Shown here: positions 55,771 to 64,000 of the stretch, one piece after another
How positions within the stretch are numbered: position 1 is the stretch's first letter
How the letters are laid out: each line of letters starts with the position of its first letter
Source: Eubacteriales bacterium
GTDB taxonomy: Bacteria > Bacillota > Clostridia > Oscillospirales > UBA644
Direction of reading: 5' to 3'
Assembly (NCBI GenBank): GCA_045652445.1
Contig: JAZRUJ010000028.1
Span: 3,478 to 67,477, forward strand
Length of the DNA: 64,000 bases
Position numbers and translations under genes: made by a program
Notes under the pieces: model-generated
Seen by the model: the letters and a program-made list of their open reading frames with translations, nothing else
Databases searched by the model: none
Told to the model about the DNA's origin: nothing

Positions 55771-56691
55771 ATGAATCTTTTGCACATGAAGCATGCGTTG
55801 GAGGTAGCAAAAGCCGGTTCTCTGAGTAAAGCTTCGGAGGTTTTACTGATTGCGGCCCCGAACATTAGCCGTTCCATTAAGGAGCTGGAAACTGATCTTG
55901 GAATTACGATCTTTGACCGCACGCAAAACGGAATGAAGCTAACCCCTGACGGAGAAGAATTTATTAACTTTGCCAAGGGAATTCTTGGACAAATTGATGA
56001 GGTTGAAAAATTTTATAAAGCCGGTGCCCCGAAAAAACAAAAGTTTTCTATTTCCGTCCCCCGTGCCTGCTATATTTCCGAAGCCTTTGCCAATTTTTCC
56101 AGATCGCTAACAAAAGATTCTGCCGAGATTTTTTATAAAGAAACGAACTCCCAACGCACCATACGCAATATGGTAGAACACGATTATAAACTAGGCATTA
56201 TCCGATATGCGGAAAATTATGACAAATATTTCAAATCTATGCTGGAAGAAAAGGGCTTTCAGTACGAATTGGTCACAGAATTTACCTACTCCTTGATCAT
56301 GAGTGCAGACAACCCTTTGGCAAAGAAAGAGCAAATTACGTTTGAAGATCTGACCAATTATATTGAAATAGCACATGCGGATCCCTACGTTCCCTCTATG
56401 CCTCTTTCCAAAGTGATAAAGGAAGAACTGCCCGATAATATTGACCGAAGAATTTTTATTTTTGAACGTGCAAGTCAATTTGATTTGTTATCTTTGAATC
56501 CCGAAACCTTTATGTGGGTCTCCTCTGCATCGAAGAGTTTACTGGATCGGTATAATTTAGTTTTGAAAAAATGTGATGACAATAAAAAAATATACAAAGA
56601 CGTTTTGATTTACAAAAAGGGGTACGAATTATCAAAACTTGACCGTCAGTTTATTGCAAACCTGTGCGAATCGAAGCGAAAGCATATATAA
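55771..56691 (+). CDS. LysR-family transcriptional regulator
   Basis: N-terminal HTH (MNLLHMKHALEVAKAGSLSKASEVLLIAAPNISRSIKELE) and a C-terminal substrate-binding domain. Confidence 0.85.
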   Translation: MNLLHMKHALEVAKAGSLSKASEVLLIAAPNISRSIKELETDLGITIFDRTQNGMKLTPDGEEFINFAKGILGQIDEVEKFYKAGAPKKQKFSISVPRACYISEAFANFSRSLTKDSAEIFYKETNSQRTIRNMVEHDYKLGIIRYAENYDKYFKSMLEEKGFQYELVTEFTYSLIMSADNPLAKKEQITFEDLTNYIEIAHADPYVPSMPLSKVIKEELPDNIDRRIFIFERASQFDLLSLNPETFMWVSSASKSLLDRYNLVLKKCDDNKKIYKDVLIYKKGYELSKLDRQFIANLCESKRKHI

Positions 56692-56791
56692 TCTCCCTCA
56701 AAGTTTCCTCTTTTTTTGTTATCAATACAGGTGTTATCGATAATGATAATGCTGATTATCTATTTTAAGAATTTTCAAACCTCAAAAAAAA

Positions 56792-56800
56792 TGGTATAAT
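56792..56800 (+). promoter_or_regulatory. Extended -10 element (TGgTATAAT) upstream of the rex remnant and adhE
   Basis: Sequence TGGTATAAT. I recognise no good -35. An AGGAG follows at 56801. Confidence 0.4.
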
Positions 56801-56818
56801 AGGAGCATACCAAGAAAA

Positions 56819-56991
56819 ATGGAGGTGCCGGTGGTGGAAAAGGCTCGATTTCCAAGGCAACACTGGGAAGACTTCTCATGTATCTAAATTTTTTAAGAGA
56901 CCTGCCGCCGGATAAAGCACCGCACATTTCCGCAACGTCCATCGCTGCACACTTCCACTTGGGAGAAGTTCAAGTTCGAAAAATTGTGTAA
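56819..56991 (+). pseudogene. rex: Frameshifted and 3'-truncated remnant of the redox-sensing repressor gene rex (N-terminal winged helix only)
   Basis: The frame from 56842 reads GSISKATLGRLLMYLNFLRDLPPDKAPHISATSIAAHFHLGEVQVRKIV*. This parallels the Rex N-terminus (..IS.AT..RLP.Y.R.L..L.....ISS.ELA...G....QVRKD). The only ATG (56819, MEVPVVEK) is in another frame. It joins the Rex frame if one A is added to the A4 run at 56838-41. The Rossmann domain is absent. Confidence 0.6.
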
Positions 56992-57012
56992 CATAAATTA
57001 GGAGGATGAAAA

Positions 57013-59715
57013 ATGGAGACTCAAAATCGTTTCATCGTAGACAGTGTGGAAAAGCTGCAGGAAGCTATTGCGCGTACCAGAGCAGCTCAAAAAGTTTTTG
57101 CAACCTACACGCAGGAACAGGTAGATAAAATCTTTTTGGCTGCCGCTTCCGCCGCAAATAAGGCTCGAATTCCTCTTGCAAAAATGGCAGTAGAAGAAAC
57201 CGGCATGGGCGTGGTAGAAGATAAGGTTATTAAAAACAACTATGCCGCCGAATATATCTATAACGCCTACAAAGACACAAAAACCTGCGGTGTAATCGAA
57301 GAAGACAAGGCGTTCGGGATTCAGAAAATCGCGGAACCCATCGGGGTAATTGCAGCGGTTATTCCTACTACAAACCCCACTTCCACCGCAATTTTCAAGT
57401 GCCTTTTAGCTTTGAAAACTCGTAACGCCATTATTATCTCTCCTCACCCCCGTGCAAAGAACTGCACCATCGCTGCCGCGAAGTTGATTTTGGATGCCGC
57501 AGTTGCCGCAGGTGCTCCCGAAGGGATTATTGACTGGATTGACGTCCCCTCTTTGGATATGACCAACACCGTTATGAAAGAAGCTGATATCATTCTTGCC
57601 ACCGGTGGTCCCGGTATGGTTAAGGCAGCTTATTCTTCCGGTAAGCCTGCTCTGGGCGTCGGTGCCGGGAACACTCCCGCCATTATTGACGATTCTGCCG
57701 ACATTTTGTTAGCAGTCAACTCCATTATTCATTCTAAAACCTTTGATAACGGTATGATCTGTGCTTCCGAACAGTCTGTTCTGGTTCTGGAAAACATTTA
57801 TGATGCTGTTAAGACCGAATTTGCCACCCGTGGCTGCTACTTCTTGAACAGCGAAGAAACGGAAAAAGTTCGCAAAACCATTATCATTAACGGTGCGTTG
57901 AATGCCAAAATCGTTGGACAGAAAGCCGCTAAAATTGCGGAACTTTCCGGGTTAACCGTTCCTGCTGACACCAAGATATTGATCGGCGAAGTGGAAAGTG
58001 TAGAACTATCTGAAGAATTTGCTCATGAAAAATTGTCTCCCGTTTTGGCAATGTATAAAGTTAAGACCTTTGAAGAAGCTTTGGACAAAGCCGACAAATT
58101 GGTTGCTGACGGTGGTTACGGTCACACCGCTTCCGTATACCTGAACGACGTTACTGCTCGGGAAAAACTGTCTGCATTCGCAGCTCGCATGAAGACCTGC
58201 CGTATTCTCGTGAATACTCCCTCTTCTCACGGTGGTATCGGAGACTTGTACAACTTCAAATTGGCTCCTTCCCTGACTTTGGGTTGTGGCTCTTGGGGTG
58301 GTAACTCTGTCTCCGAAAACGTTGGAGTGAAACATCTTCTCAACATCAAAACCGTTGCCGAAAGAAGGGAAAATATGCTTTGGTTCCGAGCACCTGAAAA
58401 AGTTTATATTAAGAAAGGCTGCCTGCCCGTTGCCCTCGACGAACTGAAGACGGTCCGCGGCTCCAAAAAAGCTTTCATTGTTACCGATACGTTCCTGTAT
58501 CAGAACGGTTACACCAAGCCCATCACCGATAAATTGGACGAAATGGGCATTACCCATGCCACATTCTTCAACGTTCAGCCGGACCCCACCTTGGCAAACG
58601 CCATCGAAGGGGCAGCACAAATGCGTGCCTTCCAGCCCGATACCATCATCGCTCTGGGCGGTGGTTCTGCTATGGACGCAGCCAAGATTATGTGGGTTCT
58701 TTACGAACATCCCGATGCTGACTTCATGGATATGGCAATGCGGTTTATCGATATCCGCAAACGCGTTTATACCTTCCCCAAACTGGGTGAAAAGGCATAC
58801 TTTATTGCCATCCCCACCTCTGCCGGTACCGGTTCGGAAGTAACTCCTTTCGCCGTTATTACCGACGAAAAGACCGGTGTAAAATATCCCTTGGCAGATT
58901 ATGAACTTTTGCCCAACATGGCAATTATTGACACGGATTTCCACATGTCTGCCCCCAAAGGCTTAACCGCCGCTTCCGGGATTGACGCCGTCACCCACGC
59001 AGTGGAAGCTTATGCAGCAATGCTTGCAACCGATTACACCGACGGTCTGGCTCTCCAAGCTCTGAAGAATATCTTTAAATATCTGCCCCGTGCTTATGAA
59101 AACGGTCAAACCGACGTGGAAGCCCGTGAAAAGATGGCAAACGCAGCTACGATGGCCGGTATGGCATTCGCCAATGCTTTCTTGGGAATTTGCCACTCTA
59201 TGGCTCACAAGTTGGGTGCATTCCATCATCTGCCCCACGGCGTTGCCAATGCCCTGATGATTGAACAGGTTATTCGTTTCAACGCCTCTGAAGCTCCCGT
59301 TAAGATGGGTACTTTCTCTCAATACGATCATCCTCACACCTTGGCTCGGTATGCTGAAATTGCAGATTACCTGGGTCTGGGCGGAAAAAATGATGAAGAA
59401 AAGATGGAAAACCTTATCAAAGCCATCAATGACCTGAAAGCCAAGGTCGGCATCAAGGAAACCATCCGTGAATACGGCATCGGAGAACAAGACTTCCTGG
59501 ACCGTTTGGACGACATGGTAGAACAAGCCTTTGACGATCAGTGCACCGGAGCAAACCCCCGTTATCCCCTGATGAGCGAACTGAAGCAAATGTATCTGAA
59601 TGCTTATTACGGCACCGCGTATACCGATGCAAAAATGCCCACTGCCGTAGATATTGCTACCGAAGGCACTGCCGACAAGGGAAAAGCATCCTACCGCAAG
59701 GGCAAGAAAGCGTAA
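57013..59715 (+). CDS. adhE: Bifunctional acetaldehyde-CoA/alcohol dehydrogenase
   Basis: 900 aa. An N-terminal ALDH domain (catalytic Cys context MICASEQS) is fused to a C-terminal iron-ADH domain (GGGSAMDAAK, HxxxH region CHSMAHKLG). The RBS is AGGAGGA. Confidence 0.95.
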   Translation: METQNRFIVDSVEKLQEAIARTRAAQKVFATYTQEQVDKIFLAAASAANKARIPLAKMAVEETGMGVVEDKVIKNNYAAEYIYNAYKDTKTCGVIEEDKAFGIQKIAEPIGVIAAVIPTTNPTSTAIFKCLLALKTRNAIIISPHPRAKNCTIAAAKLILDAAVAAGAPEGIIDWIDVPSLDMTNTVMKEADIILATGGPGMVKAAYSSGKPALGVGAGNTPAIIDDSADILLAVNSIIHSKTFDNGMICASEQSVLVLENIYDAVKTEFATRGCYFLNSEETEKVRKTIIINGALNAKIVGQKAAKIAELSGLTVPADTKILIGEVESVELSEEFAHEKLSPVLAMYKVKTFEEALDKADKLVADGGYGHTASVYLNDVTAREKLSAFAARMKTCRILVNTPSSHGGIGDLYNFKLAPSLTLGCGSWGGNSVSENVGVKHLLNIKTVAERRENMLWFRAPEKVYIKKGCLPVALDELKTVRGSKKAFIVTDTFLYQNGYTKPITDKLDEMGITHATFFNVQPDPTLANAIEGAAQMRAFQPDTIIALGGGSAMDAAKIMWVLYEHPDADFMDMAMRFIDIRKRVYTFPKLGEKAYFIAIPTSAGTGSEVTPFAVITDEKTGVKYPLADYELLPNMAIIDTDFHMSAPKGLTAASGIDAVTHAVEAYAAMLATDYTDGLALQALKNIFKYLPRAYENGQTDVEAREKMANAATMAGMAFANAFLGICHSMAHKLGAFHHLPHGVANALMIEQVIRFNASEAPVKMGTFSQYDHPHTLARYAEIADYLGLGGKNDEEKMENLIKAINDLKAKVGIKETIREYGIGEQDFLDRLDDMVEQAFDDQCTGANPRYPLMSELKQMYLNAYYGTAYTDAKMPTAVDIATEGTADKGKASYRKGKKA

Positions 59716-59733
59716 TTAAAGGAGGGAATCGGA

Positions 59734-60483
59734 ATGAAACTTGACAGAGTAATTGCAGTACGAAACAACAAGACTATCTATCGCGACGGAGATCGCTGCG
59801 TTAAAGTTTTTGACGAAGATTATTCCAAAGCAGACGTTCTCAATGAAGCATTGAATCAGGCAAGAATTGAAGAAACCGGTTTGAACATTCCCAAAATCCT
59901 GGAAGTTACCATGGTTGACGGAAAATGGGCAATTGTTTCTGAATATATTGAGGGAAAAACTCTTGCTCAGCTGATGGAAGAAGATGTAGAGAAAAAAGAT
60001 GAATATATCGAGTTTCTCGTGGATCTTCAGCTTGGCGTTCACACTAAAACAAGTCCTTTACTTAACAAATTAAAGGACAAAATGAACCGTAAAATCAGCA
60101 TTTCCGAGCTTGATGCTACCACCCGGTATGATCTTCATACCCGTTTGGAAGGTATGCCCAAGCACAACAAAGTTTGCCACGGCGACTTCAACCCCTCCAA
60201 CATCATTATTTCCGAAGACGGAACTCCTTATATCCTTGACTGGTCCCATGCAACTCAGGGGAACGCTTCCGCCGATGCTGCTCGCACCTATCTCCTGTTC
60301 TGTTTGAACGGAGACATTGAAGGTGCAAAGAAGTATTTGGATCTTTTCTGTCAAAAGAGTAACACAGCAAAACAATACGTTCAGAAATGGATGCCCATTG
60401 TTGCCGCTTCTCAATCCGTAAAGGGCAACGAAAAAGAACGGGAATTCCTCCTTTCTTGGGTTGACGTTGTAGATTACGAATAA
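59734..60483 (+). CDS. Phosphotransferase-family small-molecule kinase (APH/choline kinase fold)
   Basis: Brenner motif CHGDFNPSNIII and the downstream ILDWSHA. It starts 18 nt after the adhE stop with the RBS AAAGGAGGG. Confidence 0.7.
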   Translation: MKLDRVIAVRNNKTIYRDGDRCVKVFDEDYSKADVLNEALNQARIEETGLNIPKILEVTMVDGKWAIVSEYIEGKTLAQLMEEDVEKKDEYIEFLVDLQLGVHTKTSPLLNKLKDKMNRKISISELDATTRYDLHTRLEGMPKHNKVCHGDFNPSNIIISEDGTPYILDWSHATQGNASADAARTYLLFCLNGDIEGAKKYLDLFCQKSNTAKQYVQKWMPIVAASQSVKGNEKEREFLLSWVDVVDYE

Positions 60484-60500
60484 AGGTATAAAGAAAAAAA

Positions 60501-60546
60501 CCACCCCCCATCCTGAAAATTCCTTCGGGTAGGGGGGTGGTTTATT
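60501..60546. terminator. Bidirectional terminator between the kinase and aldo/keto reductase genes
   Basis: Stem CCACCCCCC / GGGGGGTGG, with A7 upstream and TTTATT downstream. Confidence 0.75.
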
Positions 60547-60557
60547 CTATCTTGTTG

Positions 60558-61475
60558 TTACGGCAAACAGTGACCGGCAGCGAGATACAAATCGTACCAT
60601 TCCGAGCGAGTGAGGGTGACGTCGGATGCCTTACAGATTTCTGCAAGATGTTGGGGATTCATAGTACCAACAATCACCTGCATATTGGCGGGGTGGCGTA
60701 AAATCCAAGCAGTAGCGATGCCGTACTTCGTCATTCCATATTTTTCGCCAAGTTCGTCAAGTTTTTGGTTCAATTCAGGGAAATCGGGGTGGTCGATAAA
60801 ATTCCCTTTAAAGAAACCAAATTGATAAGGAGACCAGGCTTGAATGGTGATCTTATTGATCCGAGCATATTCCAAAAACGAGCCGTCATGCATGACCGAA
60901 TCGGCATTTTTCATATTCACGTTCATGCCGGAAGTAACCATCCCGGCTTCCGTGAGAGAAAATTGCAGTTGATTTACAAGCAAGGGTTGTTTTACGGCAG
61001 TTTTGAGCAATTCCATCTGCATTCGATTGTGATTGGAAACCCCAAAACGGCGAACTTTCCCGGAAGATTCAAGAATGTCAAACGCTTCCGCCACTTCTTC
61101 CGGCTCCATTAAAGTATCCGGACGGTGAAGGAGAAGATAATCCACATAGTCTACACCGAGACGGGACAGGCTTCCCTCTACGGCAGATAGGATTTGTTCT
61201 TTGGAAAAGTCATAATAATGGTCATGCAAGGAACATTTTGTTTGTATCAAAATCTTGTCTCTCACACCGGGATGACGCTTGAGATATTCTCCAAAACGAG
61301 CTTCGCATTTTCCGTAATCATAAATGTCGGAATGGTCAAAAAAGTTGATCCCCTGCTCTAGGGCGGTGTCCATGATAGCATCAATTCCTTTTTCGCCCAA
61401 TTTACTGCCCATCCTCATGCATCCCAGAGAGATTGCCGATGCGGAAAGTTGATTCCCAATTAAAATTTGTTTCAT
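60558..61475 (-). CDS. Aldo/keto reductase
   Basis: AKR pattern (FFDHSDIYDYG, LLHRPD, GVSNH). I set the start at MKQILIG (61475), which follows AAGGAGG. Confidence 0.85.
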   Translation of the reverse strand: MKQILIGNQLSASAISLGCMRMGSKLGEKGIDAIMDTALEQGINFFDHSDIYDYGKCEARFGEYLKRHPGVRDKILIQTKCSLHDHYYDFSKEQILSAVEGSLSRLGVDYVDYLLLHRPDTLMEPEEVAEAFDILESSGKVRRFGVSNHNRMQMELLKTAVKQPLLVNQLQFSLTEAGMVTSGMNVNMKNADSVMHDGSFLEYARINKITIQAWSPYQFGFFKGNFIDHPDFPELNQKLDELGEKYGMTKYGIATAWILRHPANMQVIVGTMNPQHLAEICKASDVTLTRSEWYDLYLAAGHCLP

Positions 61476-61492
61476 ATAGACCTCCTTAACGA

Positions 61493-62158
61493 TCACCAAA
61501 TGAAAGGGAACAAACGATATTTTACCCGTTTTTTATATTCTGCATACTCGGGAAGCCCTTGTTCTAAAACCTGTTCTTCGTTTTTAATACGAAATGCAAT
61601 TATAACAACGTAGGGCAGAAAACAAAGAAAGGCCCACAAAGACCCTAACACCAACGGAATGGACAAAAAAAGCCAAATGGTGACGGCATACATGGGGTGA
61701 CGAACAATCCCGTATAGCCCGGTATCGATCAATTTTTGCCCCGCCTGGACTTCCACCGTCCGAGAGAGGTAAGCATTCTCCCTCATAACTTCCGCGTATA
61801 ATCCGTAGGATCCGAGCAAAACGAAAGATGCAACTGCCACAACCCAGCCGGGAACGTAAGACCATTCAAAACGAAAATCCAATCCGGAGATCACAAACCC
61901 GACAAAAAACAAAAAACCGGAAAGGGCCACAACACCTTTTTGCAGGGCTTGATCTTCCTTTCCGTTTAATCGCTTTTCTAACAAAACGGGGGACTTAAAA
62001 AGCAAAACCATTCCCAATATAAAAATCGGAACAAATAACAAAAGAATAAAAATCCATGCATTATAGAATTTAAAGGTCCCGGCGGAAAGAAACAAAAGCC
62101 CGCCCACCAAAAGAAGTCCAATCGCAAATTTTAACAATGCTTTTAGAGCAAGTTTCAT
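61493..62158 (-). CDS. Isoprenylcysteine carboxyl methyltransferase (ICMT)/phospholipid methyltransferase family membrane protein
   Basis: Multi-TM protein with the C-terminal signature GLYGIVRHPMY...EEQVLEQGLPEYAEYKKRV. Confidence 0.75.
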   Translation of the reverse strand: MKLALKALLKFAIGLLLVGGLLFLSAGTFKFYNAWIFILLLFVPIFILGMVLLFKSPVLLEKRLNGKEDQALQKGVVALSGFLFFVGFVISGLDFRFEWSYVPGWVVAVASFVLLGSYGLYAEVMRENAYLSRTVEVQAGQKLIDTGLYGIVRHPMYAVTIWLFLSIPLVLGSLWAFLCFLPYVVIIAFRIKNEEQVLEQGLPEYAEYKKRVKYRLFPFIW

Positions 62159-62248
62159 CTAAAAAAATCCTTTCGCTGAAGTGTTAAATAATTCTGATAA
62201 AAGTATAACATACCCTACCTATATTGTCAAGTACAGCGAAGAGATTGC

Positions 62249-62277
62249 TTGACTTTTTTATAAAAATATGTTATACT
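62249..62277 (+). promoter_or_regulatory. Sigma-A promoter of the acyltransferase-gtrA pair
   Basis: TTGACT, 17-nt spacer, TATACT. Confidence 0.6.
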
Positions 62278-62338
62278 AAACCATAAATTTTATCGCCTGT
62301 TTTACAGTAAATAATACGTCTTAAGAAAGGAGAATCCC

Positions 62339-63421
62339 ATGGGAGAACCATTGACAAAACGAGATTACGGCGTTGATCTTCTGCGAATTTTCTCCATGAT
62401 TATGGTGGTTCTCCTCCACGTTTTAGGTGCCGGCGGAGTTTTGGAGAGCACAAAACAGGGATCGGCTTGGTATGAAGTGGCGTGGCTCTTGGAAACCGCT
62501 GCATACTGTGCCGTGAATTGCTATGCCTTGATCTCCGGTTACGTAGGATACCGATCCAAGCCAAAATACGCAAACATCGTTTTATTGTGGTTGCAGGTTC
62601 TTCTCTGTTCCGTGGGAATCCATCTGATTTTTGCTACCATTGACCCGGGCAGCGTGGACGGGATGACAATTTTACGGGCATTCTTCCCGGTAATCAACAA
62701 CTACGCTTGGTATTTTACCTGTTATTTTGCCCTGTTTTTTATGATGCCCCTACTCAACCATGCAATCAACACCATGACCGAGGGAATGTTGAAAATTTTG
62801 TGTGGTAGTATTTTGGGATTCTCGGTGTTGACCACCGTTTCTTTGAAAGATATTTTTCAGGTAAAAGACGGTTACAGCGTAATTTGGCTTGCGGCTCTGT
62901 ATTTATTCGGGGGTTGCATTGGGCGATTCGGCTGGTTTAAGCATGTAAAAGGGTGGATCTTAGGGTTGATTTACGGAGGATGCGTCCTGGTCTCATGGGG
63001 TGCAAAATATCTGTTGGAGAGCTGGAAAAATCCTTTTTTGAGCCAGTTTACCTATTCGGAAATGCTGATTCGGTACAAATCTCCCACCATTTTGATCGCG
63101 GCGATTTGTTTGCTGCTTTTATTCTCCGGAAAACCCCTTTCGAAATACGGACAATGGATGGTAAACTTCCTTGCTCCCACCTGCTTTGGCGTCTATATTA
63201 TTCATTTACACCCTCAAATTTGGAACCGTTTCATCGTTGGGAAATTTACCGGATTTGCGGCAGATTCCGTCGGGGTCATGGTTTTGAAAATTATCGGAAC
63301 GACTTTTTTGATTTATCTTGCGGTTTCTTTGTTGGATTTTTTGCGGCATCTCCTTTTCCGGGGGCTGCGGCTGAAAGAGGTTTTAAAAAACATCGAACTT
63401 CGTATTAAAGAACGGAAGTAA
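62339..63421 (+). CDS. Acyltransferase family 3 (membrane O-acyltransferase)
   Basis: 360 aa with about 10 TM segments. The N-terminus RDYGVDLLRIFSMIMVVLLHVLG is typical of the acyl_transf_3 family. Confidence 0.8.
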   Translation: MGEPLTKRDYGVDLLRIFSMIMVVLLHVLGAGGVLESTKQGSAWYEVAWLLETAAYCAVNCYALISGYVGYRSKPKYANIVLLWLQVLLCSVGIHLIFATIDPGSVDGMTILRAFFPVINNYAWYFTCYFALFFMMPLLNHAINTMTEGMLKILCGSILGFSVLTTVSLKDIFQVKDGYSVIWLAALYLFGGCIGRFGWFKHVKGWILGLIYGGCVLVSWGAKYLLESWKNPFLSQFTYSEMLIRYKSPTILIAAICLLLLFSGKPLSKYGQWMVNFLAPTCFGVYIIHLHPQIWNRFIVGKFTGFAADSVGVMVLKIIGTTFLIYLAVSLLDFLRHLLFRGLRLKEVLKNIELRIKERK

Positions 63422-63425
63422 CGTT

Positions 63426-63839
63426 ATGAAAGCATTTTATCAAAAGCATCGCCAAGTGATCTCCTATTTCCTATACGGAGCGGGAACGTCGGTGCTTAAC
63501 GTCCTTTTGTATGCGGTATTGGTAAACGTTTTGGGCATTACCGCAAGTAACGCCATCGCGTGGGCAGGAGCGGTGATCTTTGCCTTTGTGACCAACAAAA
63601 TTTTTGTATTCCACAGTGAAAGCTGGGCATGGAAGACACTTTTAAAAGAAGTTTCAACCTTTCTGGGAGCAAGAATCTTATCCGGGTTTGTGGAAGTCTT
63701 TTTACCCACCCTGCTCTTCTACATCGGTCTTGATTACGACCTGTTCGGCATTGAGGGTTTTTTAGCGAAAATCATCGTCAGCGTGATCGTTATCATCATG
63801 AACTACATTTTGAGTAAAAAGATCGTGTTTCATAAATAA
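63426..63839 (+). CDS. GtrA-family membrane protein
   Basis: 137 aa with 4 TM segments and a GtrA-like pattern (YFLYGAGTSVLNVLLY...VTNKIFVF...YILSKKIVF). Confidence 0.8.
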   Translation: MKAFYQKHRQVISYFLYGAGTSVLNVLLYAVLVNVLGITASNAIAWAGAVIFAFVTNKIFVFHSESWAWKTLLKEVSTFLGARILSGFVEVFLPTLLFYIGLDYDLFGIEGFLAKIIVSVIVIIMNYILSKKIVFHK

Positions 63840-63844
63840 GAAAA

Positions 63845-63872
63845 ACGCAGAAGATTCGTCTTCTGCGTTTTT
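63845..63872. terminator. Bidirectional terminator
   Basis: Stem ACGCAGAAGA / TCTTCTGCGT, loop TTCG, flanked by A5 and T4. Confidence 0.8.
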
Positions 63873-63875
63873 CGT

Positions 63876-64000
63876 TTATTTAGAATATTCTTTTAAGTAA
63901 ACCATCAAATCTTCCAAACTGCCGTGGTTCCATTGGGAAATATCTTCGTTATTTTTGTTAATAAGACAATCGGTAACGAGATACGTATTTATCCCCAACC
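63876..64000 (-). CDS. 3' end of an unidentified minus-strand gene, partial at the window edge
   Basis: The minus-strand frame is open from the window end to the TAA at 63878-63876 (...LGINTYLVTDCLINKNNEDISQWNHGSLEDLMVYLKEYSK*). It is followed by the bidirectional terminator. The product cannot be identified. Confidence 0.35.
   Translation of the reverse strand, partial: LGINTYLVTDCLINKNNEDISQWNHGSLEDLMVYLKEYSK

Noticed and set aside
1-64000. CRISPR arrays, transposases, integrases, prophage or known defense-system genes
   Set aside because: Scanning both strands found no spaced direct-repeat array and no recombinase or transposase-like translation. The only notable repeats are the two intergenic copies at 48.9 kb and 55.6 kb.

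Overview
This 64-kb chromosomal segment comes from a spore-forming anaerobic Firmicute that looks Clostridia-like. The evidence is the sporulation genes (spoIIID, yqfC/yqfD, spmA/spmB, pdaA, a spoVB-like gene), the fermentation genes (pflBA, adhE), and AT-rich intergenic regions carrying near-consensus sigma-A promoters and GGAGG ribosome-binding sites. I found no rRNA, CRISPR array, transposase, integrase or phage genes.

Layout:
- 1-13.2 kb: a 5'-truncated YD-like repeat protein, then a long collinear minus-strand housekeeping array (yqfC-yqfD-phoH-ybeY-dgkA-era-recO-mutS2-comEC-holA-toprim).
- 13.3-22.6 kb: a GNAT/QueG-like fusion, a flippase, an orphan kinase-like gene, spoIIID, a DD-carboxypeptidase, galE, tRNA-Arg(CCT), and an AT-richer ECF sigma/anti-sigma module.
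- 22.7-28.7 kb: xpt behind an unclassified attenuator leader, plus a BMP-family nucleoside ABC transporter.
- 28.7-35.4 kb: spmAB, pdaA, a PiT transporter, tRNA-Asn, and a ZTP (pfl-motif) riboswitch in front of pflB-pflA.
- 35.5-46.4 kb: a gpsA-like gene, a DeoR regulator, a MATE exporter, a two-component system, a strongly signalled Cys/Asp-rich micro-protein, a WYL regulator, and an ECF-S/tldD/tldE operon.
- 46.5-64 kb: see below, followed by an APH-like kinase, an aldo/keto reductase, and envelope-modification genes.

The items most worth follow-up are all in the last block:
- A CofE-like ligase is paired with a GMP synthase that lacks its glutamine amidotransferase domain.
- A 6.3-kb sugar-acid/amino-sugar catabolic island is bracketed by imperfect direct repeats of one intergenic region.
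- A frameshifted, truncated rex remnant sits directly upstream of adhE.

All calls come from reading the sequence and translations by eye. No database or covariance-model search was run.
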